From positions 1 through 64,000 of the forward strand of contig JAPDFW010000087.1 in the NCBI GenBank assembly GCA_028826165.1: a DNA stretch of 64,000 bases. The letters are read 5' to 3'. Positions 45,801 to 57,783 of the stretch are shown in pieces (within the stretch, counting starts at the first letter, position 1; every line of letters begins with the position of its first letter). Under the pieces are notes generated by a model, which was given only the letters and a program-made list of their open reading frames with translations, was not told the DNA's origin and did no database searches. The position numbers were made by a program, and so were the translations under genes. This DNA is from Anaeramoeba ignava BMAN. Lineage: Eukaryota > Protista > Anaeramoebae.

Positions 45801-48800
45801 ATTTAATTTTAAATTTGATTTTAATTTTAATTTAATTTTGATTTAATTTTGATTTAATTTTGATTTAATTTTAATTTAATTTTGATTTAATTTGATTTAA
45901 TTTTAATTTAATTTTAATTTTAATTTAATTTTGATTTAATTTTAATTTTGATTTAATTTTGATTTAATTTTTGATTTAATTTTGATTTTAATTTTAATTT
46001 AATTTTGATTTTAATTTTGATTTAATTTTGATTTAATTTTGATTTAATTTTGATTTAATTTTGATTTAATTTTAATTTAATTTTGATTTAATTTTGATTT
46101 AATTTTGATTTAATTTTGATTTAATTTTGATTTAATTTTGATTTAATTTTGATTTAATTTTGATTTAATTTTGATTTAATTTTGATTTAATTTTGATTTA
46201 ATTTTGATTTAATTTTGATTTAATTTTGATTTAATTTTAAATTTTGATTTAAATTTTGATTTAATTTAATTTTGATTTAATTTTAATTTAATTTTGATTT
46301 AAATTTTAATTTTAATTTTAATTTTGATTTAATTTTGATTTAATTTTGATTTAATTTTGATTTAATTTTTGATTTAATTTTTGATTTAATTTTGATTTAA
46401 ATTTTGATTTAATTTTGATTTAATTTTGATTTAATTTTGATTTAATTTTGATTTAATTTTGATTTAATTTTGATTTAATTTTTGATTTAATTTTGAGTTT
46501 AATTTGATTTAATTTGATTTAATTTTGATTTAATTTAATTTTGATTTAATTTTGATTTAATTTTTGATTTAATTTTGAGTTTAATTTTTGATTTAATTTT
46601 GATTTAATTTTGATTTAATTTTGATTTAAATTTTGATTTAAATTTTGATTTAATTTTGATTTAATTTTGATTTAATTTTGATTTAATTTTGATTTAAATT
46701 TGATTTAATTTTGATTTAATTTTGATTTAATTTTGATTTAAATTTGATTTAATTTTGATTTAATTTTGATTTAATTTTGATTTAATTTTGATTTAATTTT
46801 GATTTAATTTTGATTTAAATTTTGATTTAATTTTAATTTAATTTTGATTTAATTTAATTTTGATTTAATTTTTGATTTAATTTTTAATTTAATTTTGATT
46901 TAAATTTGATTTAATTTTAATTTTTAATTTTGATTTAATTTTGATTTAATTTTGATTTAATTTTAATTTAATTTTGATTTAATTTTGATTTAATTTTAAT
47001 TTAATTTTAATTTGATTTAATTTTGATTTTAATTTAATTTAATTTTGATTTAATTTTTGATTTAATTTTGATTTAATTTTTGATTTAATTTTGATTTAAT
47101 TTTGATTTAATTTTTTGATTTAATTTTAATTTAATTTTGATTTAATTTTAGTTTAATTTTGATTTAATTTTGATTTAATTTTGAGTTTAATTTTGATTTA
47201 ATTTTGATTTAAATTTTGATTTAATTTTGATTTAATTTTGATTTAATTTTGATTTAATTTTGATTTAATTTTGATTTAATTTTGATTTAATTTTGATTTA
47301 ATTTACAATTTAATTTTGATTTAATTTTGATTTAATTTTGATTTAATTTTTGATTTAATTTTTGATTTAATTTTTGATTTAATTTTTGATTTAATTTTGA
47401 TTTAATTTGATTTTTTGATTTAATTTTGATTTAAATTTTGATTTAATTTTGATTTAATTTTGATTTAATTTTGATTTAATTTTGATTTAAATTTTGATTT
47501 AATTTTGATTTAATTTTGATTTAATTTTTGATTTAATTTTGATTTAATTTTGATTTAATTTTGATTTAATTTTGATTTAATTTTGATTTAATTTTGATTT
47601 AATTTTGATTTAATTTTGATTTAATTTTTGATTTAATTTTTGATTTAAATTTTGATTTAATTTTGATTTAATTTTTGATTTAAATTTGATTTAATTTTTA
47701 ATTTAATTTAATTTAATTTTTGATTTAATTTTAATTTAATTTTGATTTTTAATTTTGATTTAAATTTTGATTTAATTTTGATTTAATTTTGATTTAATTT
47801 TGATTTAATTTTTGATTTAATTTTGATTTAAATTTGATTTTTTGATTTAATTTTGATTTAATTTTGATTTAATTTTGATTTAATTTTGATTTAATTTTTG
47901 ATTTAATTTTGATTAAATTTGATTTAATTTTGATTTCAAAAATTTGATTTAATTTTTTTAATTTTAATTTTAATTTCAATTTTTGATTTAATTTTGATTT
48001 AATTTTGATTTAAATTTTGATTTAATTTTTGAATTTAAATTTGATTTAATTTTGATTTAAATTTTGATTTAATTTTGATTTAAATTTTGATTTAATTTTG
48101 ATTTAATTTTGATTTTAATTTTGATTTAATTTTGATTTAAATTTAATCAATTTTTGATTTAATTTTGATTTAAAATTTGATTTAATTTTTGACAATTTAA
48201 TTTTTAATTTTAATTTTGATTTAAATTTTGATTTAATTTTGAATTTTTGATTTAATTTTTGATTTAATTTTGATTTAATTTTTGATTTAAATTTAATTTA
48301 ATTTAATTTGATTTAATTTTGATTTAATTTTGATTTAATTTTGATTTAAATTTTAATTTAATTTTAATTTAAATTTGACCAAATTTGATTTTAATTTTTG
48401 ATTTAATTTTGATTTCAATTTTTGATTTAATTTTGATTTTAATTTTGATTTAATTTTAATTTAAAATTTTGATTTAATTTTGAATTTTAATTTCAATTTT
48501 GATTTCAATTTTGATTTAATTTTTGATTTAAATTTAAAATTCAAATTTAATTTTGATTTAATTTTGATTTAATTTTGATTTAATTTTTGATTTAAATTTT
48601 GATTTAATTTTGAATTAAATTTTGATTTAATTTTGAATTTAATTTTGATTTTAATTTTGGAATTTAAATTTTAATTTAATTTTAATTTAAATTTGATTTA
48701 ATTTTAAATTTTAAATTTTGATTTAATTTTTTAATTTAATTTTTTGAATTTTTAATTTTGATTTAATTTAATTTTTGATTAAATTTTGATTTAATTTTGA

Positions 48801-51800
48801 TTTAAATTTAATTTAATTTAATTTTAATTTTGATTTAATTTTGATTTAATTTTTGATTTTAATTTTTAATTTAAATTTTGATTTAATTTTTGATTTAATT
48901 TTGATTTAATTTTGATTTAATTTTGATTTAATTTTTGATTTAATTTTGATTTAATTTTGATTTAATTTTGATTTAAATTTTGATTTAAATTTGATTTAAT
49001 TTTTGATTTAATTTTGATTTAATTTTTGATTTAATTTTTTTTTTGATTTTTTGATTTTAATTTTTAATTTTTAATTTTGATTTAATTTTTGATTTAATTT
49101 TTGACAAATTTTGATTTAATTTTGATTTAATTTTTAATTTTGATTTAATTTTTGATTTAATTTTGATTTAATTTTTCCAATTTTGAAATTTTTGATTTAA
49201 TTTTGATTTAATTTTGAGTTTAATTTTGATTTAATTTTTGATTTAATTTTAATTTGATTTAAATTTTGATTTTTAATTTTGATTTAATTTTGATTTAATT
49301 TTGATTTCAAATTTTGATTTAATTTTAATTTAATTTTATTTTAATTTTGATTTAATTTTGATTTAAATTTTGATTTAATTTTGATTTAATTTTTGATTTA
49401 ATTTTAATTTAATTTGATTTAAATTTGATTTAATTTTAATTTAATTTTGATTTAATTTTGATTTAATTTTAATTTTAATTTTGATTTAATTTTGATTTAA
49501 TTTTGATTTAAATTTTGATTTAAATTTTGATTTAATTTTAATTTAATTTTGATTTAATTTTAATTTAATTTTTAAATTTTGATTTAATTTTGATTTAATT
49601 TTGATTTAATTTTGATTTAATTTTGATTTAATTTTTGATTTAATTTTAATTTTTTGATTTAATTTAATTTAATTTAATTTTAATTTAATTTTTTGATTTA
49701 ATTTTGATTTAATTTTTGATTTAATTTTGATTTAATTTTGATTTAATTTTGATTTAATTTTGATTTAATTTTGATTTAATTTTGATTTAATTTTGATTTA
49801 ATTTTGATTTAATTTTGATTTAATTTTGATTTAATTTTGATTTAATTTTTGATTTAATTTTGATTTAATTTTAATTTTTTTTAATTTAATTTTAATTTAA
49901 ATTTCAATTTTGATTTAATTTGATTTAATTTTTGATTTAATTTTGATTTAATTTTGATTTAATTTTGATTTAATTTTGATTTAATTTTGATTTAAATTTT
50001 GATTTAATTTTGATTTAATTTTGATTTAAATTTTGATTTAATTTTGATTTAATTTTGATTTAATTTTGATTTAATTTTAATTTATTTTTTGATTTAATTT
50101 TGATTTAATTTTAATTTTGATTTAATTTTTGATTTTAATTTTGATTTTTAAATTTTAATTTTAATTTTTGATTTAATTTTGATTTAATTTTAATTTTGAT
50201 TTAATTTTTGATTTTAATTTTGATTTTTAAATTTTAATTTTAATTTGATTTATTTTAATTTTAATTTTAAATTTCTGATTTTAATTTTTGAAATTTTGAT
50301 TTAATTTTGATTTAATTTTGATTTAATTTTGATTTAAATTTTGATTTAATTTTGATTTAATTTTTGATTTAATTTTGATTTAATTTTAATTTTAATTTAA
50401 TTTAATTTTGATTTAATTTTTGATTTAATTTTGATTTCAATTTTTGATTTAATTTTGATTTAATTTTGATTTAATTTTGATTTAATTTTGATTTAATTTT
50501 GATTTTAAATTTCCCGAGTTTAATTTTTGATTTAATTTTGATTTAAATTTTGATTTAAATTTTTGATTTAATTTTAATTTAATTTTAGTTTAATTTTGAT
50601 TTTAATTTAATTTTTAATTTTGATTTAATTTTGATTTAAATTTGGATTTAATTTTAATTTAATTTAATTTTGATTTAATTTTAATTTAATTTTGATTTAA
50701 TTTTGATTTAATTTTGATTTAATTTTAATTTAATTTTGATTTTTTAAATTTGATTTTTAATTTAATTTTGATTTAATTTTGATTTTAATTTTGATTTAAT
50801 TTTAATTTAATTTTGATTTAATTTTGATTTAATTTTTTGATTTAATTTTAATTTAATTTTGATTTAATTTTGATTTAATTTTGATTTAATTTTGATTTTA
50901 ATTTTAATTTAATTTTTGATTTAATTTTAATTTAATTTTGATTTAATTTTAATTTAATTTTTAATTTAATTTGATTTTAATTTTGATTTTTTGATTTAAT
51001 TTTGATTTAATTTTGATTTAATTTTGATTTAATTTTGATTTAATTTTGATTTAATTTTGATTTAAATTTAATTTTTGATTTAATTTTGATTTAATTTTGA
51101 TTTAATTTTGATTTAATTTTAATTTAATTTTTGATTTAAATTTTGATTTAATTTTGATTTAATTTTGATTTAATTTTGATTTAATTTTGATTTAATTTTG
51201 ATTTAATTTTGATTTAATTTTGATTTAATTTTGATTTAATTTTGATTTAATTTTGATTTAATTTTTGATTTTAATTTTGAATTTAATTTTTGATTTAATT
51301 TTGATTTAATTTTGATTTAATTTTGATTTAATTTTTAATTTTAATTTTAATTTTAATTTTTGATTTTAATTTAATTTAAATTTTGATTTAATTTTGATTT
51401 AATTTTTGATTTAATTTTGATTTAATTTTGATTTAATTTTTGATTTAATTTTAATTTAATTTTGATTTTTAATTTAAATTTGATTTAAATTTGATTTAAT
51501 TTTGATTTAAATTTGATTTAATTTTTGATTTAAATTTTGATTTAATTTTGATTTAATTTTGATTTAATTTTGATTTAAATTTTGATTTTAAATTTGATTT
51601 AATTTTTGATTAAAATTTAATTTTGATTTAATTTTGATTTAATTTTGATTTAATTTTGATTTAATTTTGATTTAATTTTGATTTAATTTTGATTTAATTT
51701 TAATTTAATTTTGATTTAATTTTGATTAAATTTTGATTTAATATTGATTTAATATTGATTTAATTTTGATTTAATATTGATTTAATTTTGATTTAATTTT

Positions 51801-53425
51801 GATTTAATTTTGATTTAAATTTGATTTAATTTTGATTTAAATTTGATTTAATTTTAATTTAATTTTAATTTAATTTTTGATTTAATTTTGATTTAATTTT
51901 AATTTAATTTTTTTGATTTGAATTTAAATTTGATTTAATTTTGATTTAATTTTAAAATTTGATTTAAATTTAATTTAATTTTTTGATTTTAATTTTGATT
52001 TAATTTTGATTTAATTTTGATTTAATTTTGATTTAAATTTAAATTTTAATTTAATTTTGATTTAATTTTGATTTAATTTTGATTTAATTTGATTTTATTT
52101 TTGATTTAATTTTGAAATTTAATTTAATTTTGATTAAATTTTGATTTAATTTTGATTTAATTTTGATTTAATTTTGATTTAATTTTGATTTAAATTTGAT
52201 TTAAATTTAATTTAATTTTGATTTAATTTTAATTTAATTTTGATTTAAATTTGATTTAATTTTGATTTAATTTTAATTTAATTTTGATTTAATTTTAATT
52301 TAATTTTGATTTAATTTTGAATTAAATTTAATTTAATTTTAATTTAAATTTGATTTAATTTTAATTTAATTTTGATTTAATTTTGATTTAATTTTGAATT
52401 AAATTTTGATTTAATTTTGAATTAAATTTTGATTTAATTTTGAATTAAATTTAATTTAATTTTAATTTAATTTTAATTTAATTTTAATTTAATTTTGATT
52501 TAAATTTAATTTAAATTTGATTTAATTTTGATTTAAATTTAATTTAATTTTGATTTAATTTTGATTTAAATTTGATTTAATTTTGATTTAATTTTGATTT
52601 AAATTTGATTTAATTTTGATTTAAATTTGATTTAATTTTGATTTAATTTTGATTTAATTTTGATTTAATTTTGATTTAATTTTAATTTAATTTTAATTTA
52701 ATTTTGATTTAATTTTGATTTAATTTTGATTTAATTTTGATTTAATTTTGATTTAATTTTGATTTAATTTTGATTTAATTTTGATTTAATTTTGATTTAA
52801 TTTTGATTTAATATTGATTTAATTTTGATTTAATTTTGATTTAAATTTGATTTAAATTTGATTTAATTTTGATTTAAATTTGATTTAATTTTGATTTAAT
52901 TTTGATTTAAATTTAATTTGGGAAATAAAGAATAAAGAAAGAAATTATGGTAGAATTTTCGCAAAATCTAATTATGAATTTATTGCAACAGAAGATCATG
53001 AATTATCAATACAAATTGGAGAAATGATTGAAATACTTCAAAAAGATGAATCAGGATGGTGGATGGCAAAAAAACTAACAAAAGATTCAAAAAAAGGATT
53101 AATTCCTTCATCTTATATTGAAATTCTAACTGATTTTCATCCTGAAAGTGAAACAGAAAGCAAAAAAACAAAAAAGAAATCTCATAAAGAAAAAAATCAT
53201 TCAATCGCTCAATCCCAAATTAATAACTTAATTCATTTAATTCATGAAGAAGAAAATGCTCGTGAGAAATTGGAAAATCAAAATTCTTCTCTTCAAAATT
53301 CTCTTAAACAACTTCGTGAGAAATTAAAAAATGAAATTGAAATTTGGGATAAAATTGAAAAATTTCTTGATTCAAAAATTCAACTTAAACAAAATGAATC
53401 AAATGAATCAAATGAATCAAATTAA
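42845..53425 (+). CDS. RhoGAP with talin-head-like (F0/F1 ubiquitin-fold) N-terminus, SH3 domain and coiled coil; 8 exons
   Basis: YGLFCPSKNGFWLKEEETL and ISIDERATISQQMALICRQMGI (talin F0/F1-like); GAP motifs IFGKPI, GIYRESG (Arg finger), LLKSYLRELPDPLLT, VNRMGVSNLSVIMGPNIL; SH3 AKSNYEFIATEDHELSIQIGEMIEILQKDESGWW...GLIPSSYI. Last intron 45266-52930 is phase 0. One probable homopolymer error near 43503. Confidence 0.88.
43766..43936 (+). repeat. Intron consisting of a near-perfect 14-bp (AAAAATTCAAAATT) tandem array
   Basis: GT at 43766, TAG ending 43936; about 11 identical units. Confidence 0.9.
44015..44798 (+). repeat. Intron filled with 14-bp (AAAATAAATATCC-A/TT-type) satellite
   Basis: GT at 44015, AAG ending 44798; units aaaataaatattt / aaaataaatatcc. 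Confidence 0.85.
45266..52930 (+). repeat. 7.7-kb intron filled with 11-bp (TTTTGATTTAA) satellite
   Basis: GT at 45266, AAG ending 52930; joins the RhoGAP exon to the SH3 exon in frame. Confidence 0.88.
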
Positions 53426-53728
53426 AATTAAAATTAAAATTAAAATTAAAATTGTATTTCAAAAATTAAAAGAAAAATAATAAAAAATTTTTTAAATTTA
53501 ATTTTTAATTTTTTCTTTGTTTCCAAAAAGAAAAAGAAAAGAAAAATAGATTAAGAAATAAGAAGAATAAAATCCAAGAAAAAAGAAAGAAACAATATGA
53601 AAAAAAAAATAACATTTAAAATTCCTTTTTTTTTTTTCGTTTAAAAAAATCAACTTGAAAAATATTGGAAAAAATTTTTTGGATTGAAATTAAATATGAA
53701 AAAAAAAAATTTTTGATGGTTTTTTTTT

Positions 53729-56700
53729 TCAATTTGTATTAGTATTTTCTTGTTGACCACCAATTGTAACAATTGAATCATCAACTTCTTGAACTGAAAC
53801 TTGTTGAAGTTTTTTTAATATTTGAGCAATTTGAAGAACAGGTTGAAGATTATAAGATTTTTTTTGAAATTTTTGAAGTTCTCTAAAAATTAGATAAATT
53901 TGATTTCTTTTGTCAAAATTAATCAAATGATTTTCAACAAAATCATGTTCTAAATCTTCAATAGAAGTGATTTGATCCAAATAAAATCCAATATAAGGAA
54001 TACAAGGTGGTTGAACATTTGAAATAATCATTCTATAATTTTGGAAATCTGATTCATTTGAAATTATCTTTAATAATTCTGGATATGATTCTGTTAATTT
54101 TTTTGGCAAATCCTCCCATAAAGCTTTTGTATTTGTAATTTTTGGATGTTGAATTCCTGCCATTATTGCCATAAAACTATGATAATTATTCAATGATTTT
54201 AAATTTTCTGCTATTTTGATAAATTTTCCTAAAATTTTTGTTCTTCCTTTTAATTTCTTTGATTGGAGAATTGAATTTGGAACCCATTTCGAAAGATCAT
54301 TGTATCTGTAGATTAATTGAATTACATTTGGTGTGCGATGTTTAAGTTTTGGATTTGTCCAAGCTTTATTAAGTAATTCAGAAGACTTTATAAAGAATAT
54401 TTTAATTTTTGATTTTGATTTTAATTTTAATTTTAATTTTTAATTTTGATTTTAATTTTAATTATAATTTTAATTTTATTTTATAGATTAATTTTAAATT
54501 TGATTTTAATTTTAATTTTAATTTTAATTTTAATTTTAAATTTTAATTTTAATTTTAATTTTAATTTTCAAATAATATTCTACTTGAATTTTCTGAAAAA
54601 TTTCGAAATCAATTATTGTTAATTGACGTGCAATTTCTTCTTCATCAATATCAAAAATTGATAATTTAGGACTAAAAATAGTTTTTGGAACTTTTGGTTC
54701 TGGTGGATTTTCATTAAAATGTTCAATCTTTGATTCTTCTTTTTGATTTTGTTTTTTAGAAATTAAATTTCTTAATTCTTTTTCTTGTGTTTTATATCCA
54801 AGATTTGCTAAAACATTATCAATAAATTGTGTTAATTCATAAATCATTAATTCATTAAAATCTTCAAATTTTAATTCAAGCCATGTTTTAATAATATTAA
54901 TTGTTTGAAGTTGTATTTTTTGTTTTTTTTTCCCATAATCTTCTAATAATAAATCTGGAGTTTTGGGAACATGGAATCTATTTTATTAAATTTAATTTTA
55001 ATTTTAATTTTTAATTTTAATTTTAATTTTAATTTTAATTTTAATTTTATAAATGAATTATAATTTTAATTTAATTTAATTTTTAATTTTAACCTTTGGA
55101 TTAATTTAAGAAATAATTTATAAGGAGAAATAAAAGATGAATATGTAAATAAGAAACTATTAATAAATGGAGTATTTGGAGTTGATTCTGTTGTTAATTC
55201 TTCAACAAGTTTATTCAAAGTTCCTGCTCTAATAATTGGGACTAAATTCCAAATATTTTAATTTTTAATTTTTAATTTTTATTTTCTAAAAAAAAATAAT
55301 TTACTATGTTTTGTTTCATCTTTAATGAAAAGTGTATTGTTTTCTGAATTTGGAGGTTCTTCCCAAATAGAAACATCTTCATAAGTAAATTCATCATCAT
55401 CATCGTCATCAACCCTTTAATTATAATTTTAATTTTGATTTTAATTTTGATTTTAATTTTAATTTAATTTTAATTTGAATTTTAATTTTAATTTTGATTT
55501 TAATTTTAATTTTAATTTTAATTTAATTTTATAAATGAATTTTAATTTTAATTTTAATTTTAATTTACCCAAGTCCAATATATTGTTCTCTAAATGGAAC
55601 TTCTGGATCATCAACTTCTTCATGAATTTCAGCAAGAGAAAGATCCCAAAGGGTATCAATATTTGATAAAGCTACAGAAATCAAACTATGTAATTGACTA
55701 TCTTTTAAAATAGGTTTTTCAACTATAAATGAAATAATAAAATAAAGAATTGAGTTTTTGGAAATGGTAAAAAATTTTGATAAAAATATAAGATATTTAA
55801 ACGAATATTTTAAATAAATTAAACAGATAAATTAAAAGAAAAAGATTTAAATAATCTACATTTGCATTCACTTTCTTCTTCAAGTGAATGAAGTGTTTTT
55901 TTAAATCCTAAATTAAAAAGATAATGTTCAACTAATTTAAGTATATTATTTCTTGAAAGAGGATCTTTTGATTCTGTTTTGCTTGAAGATAATAATCTTC
56001 CAAATCTATTCAGTTTAATTTTTTGTTTAATTTTTTATTTAATTTTTTAATTTTTTTTATTGTAAATATTACGATTCAATTGAAGATAATGGTCTTGTTC
56101 TTTCTCGAAGTTCAAGAATATCTGGATGTTCTCTCATTGCATATCCAAACCATTCACTGGATTTAAGTTCATTTTCTATTTAAGTTTAATTATAAATTTA
56201 ATTATAAATTTAATTATAAATTTAATTATAAATCTGATATAAATTTAATTATAAATTTAATTATAAATTTTCTTTTAAATTTAATTATAAATTTAATTAT
56301 AAATTTAATTATAAATTTAATTATAAATTTAATTATAAATATAATTATAAATTTAATTATAAATTTAATTATAAATTTGATATAAATTTGATTATAAATA
56401 TAATTATAAATTTTGTTTTTAAATTTTGTTTTTAAATTTTTGTTTTAAATTTTGTTTTTAAATTTTATTATATATTTAATTATAAATTTGATTATAAATT
56501 TAATTATATATTTAATTATTAATTTAATTATAAATTTAATTATAAATTTAATTATAAATTTAATTATAAATATAATTATAATTTTCTTTTTAAATTTAAT
56601 TATAAATTTAATTATAAATTTAATTATAAATTTAATTATAAATTTAATTATAAATTTAATTATAAATTTAATTATAAATTTAATTATATATTTAATTATA

Positions 56701-57536
56701 GATTTGATTATTAATTTGATTATAAATAAAATTATAAATTTAATTATAAATTTAATTATAAATTTAATTATAAATTTAATTATAAATTTAATTATAAATT
56801 TAATTATAAATTTAATTATAAATTTAATTATAAATTTAATTATAAATTTAATTATAAATTTAATTATAAATTTAATTATAAATTTTCTTTTAAATTTAAT
56901 TATAAATTTAATTATAAATTTAATTATAAATTTAATTATAAATTTTCTTTTAAATTTAATTATAAATTTAATTATATATTTAATTATATATATAATTATA
57001 AATTTAATTATAAATTTAATTATAAATTTAATTATAAATTTAATTATAAATATAATTATAAATATAATTATAAATTTGATTATTAATTTTCTTTTAAATT
57101 TTGTTTTAAATTTTGTTTTAAATTTTGTTTTAAATTTTGTTTTAAATTTTATTATAAATTTTTTTGATTACCATCAATTAAATCAGTTGAAATTGAAGGT
57201 GTTTCTGATTGAGAATTTTCATTAAAAGAAAATCTTTTTTCAGATTTCTCAGTTTCAGTTTTAGTTTCAGTTGATTGTAAATCAGTTTCTTTCTGATTTT
57301 ATTTGTGTTTATTTGATTTGAATTGTTTGAAAAAAAAAAAAGAAGAGAATTTATTTTTATTGAATAATTTTTTTTTTGTGTTAATTTTTTCATTTTATTA
57401 TTTTTTTTTATTTTCATTTCTAAATTGATGGTTGTTTTACCTTTTCTTTAGATTTCGAATTTAATTCATTTTCTTCGTGTGAATCATTTACATTTTTTTT
57501 TATAGTTTTTGAGGTATTAATTTCTGAATCAGCCAT
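53729..57536 (-). CDS. Second LisH-domain RasGEF, about 9 exons
   Basis: LisH (ILKLVEHYLFNLGFKKTLHSLEEES), REM (IIRAGTLNKLVEELT; FLFTYSSFISP), CDC25 (DIDEEEIARQLTIIDFEIF; NNYHSFMAIMAGI; PPCIPYIGFYLDQI...LINFDKR). The 5'-most exon junction is uncertain. Confidence 0.88.
56176..57171 (-). repeat. RasGEF intron filled with 12-bp (TTTATAATTAAA) satellite
   Basis: Minus-strand GT at 57171, TAG ending 56176; explains the spurious (INLI)n ORF. Confidence 0.88.
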
Positions 57537-57783
57537 TTAAAAATGTCAAAAAAAAAATGAAAAGATAAAAATGAAAAAAAAAAAATGAAAAAAAAAAATT
57601 GAAAAAAAAATTTTTTTTGCTTTTTTCTTTTAATTGATTTTTGATTTTTGATTTTTGAAGAGAAATTGAAGAAAAAAGAAATTCCAAAAAAAGAAAACGA
57701 ACAAAAAAAAAAAAGGAACAAGAAATTCATTTGAAAAAATTTTTTCAATTTAAGATGTTTGATCAATTTTTTCAAATTTTTTT

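Noticed and set aside
45266-52930. Telomeric or interstitial telomere repeat
   Set aside because: Unit TTTTGATTTAA has no G-run and lies in an in-phase intron between RhoGAP and SH3 exons
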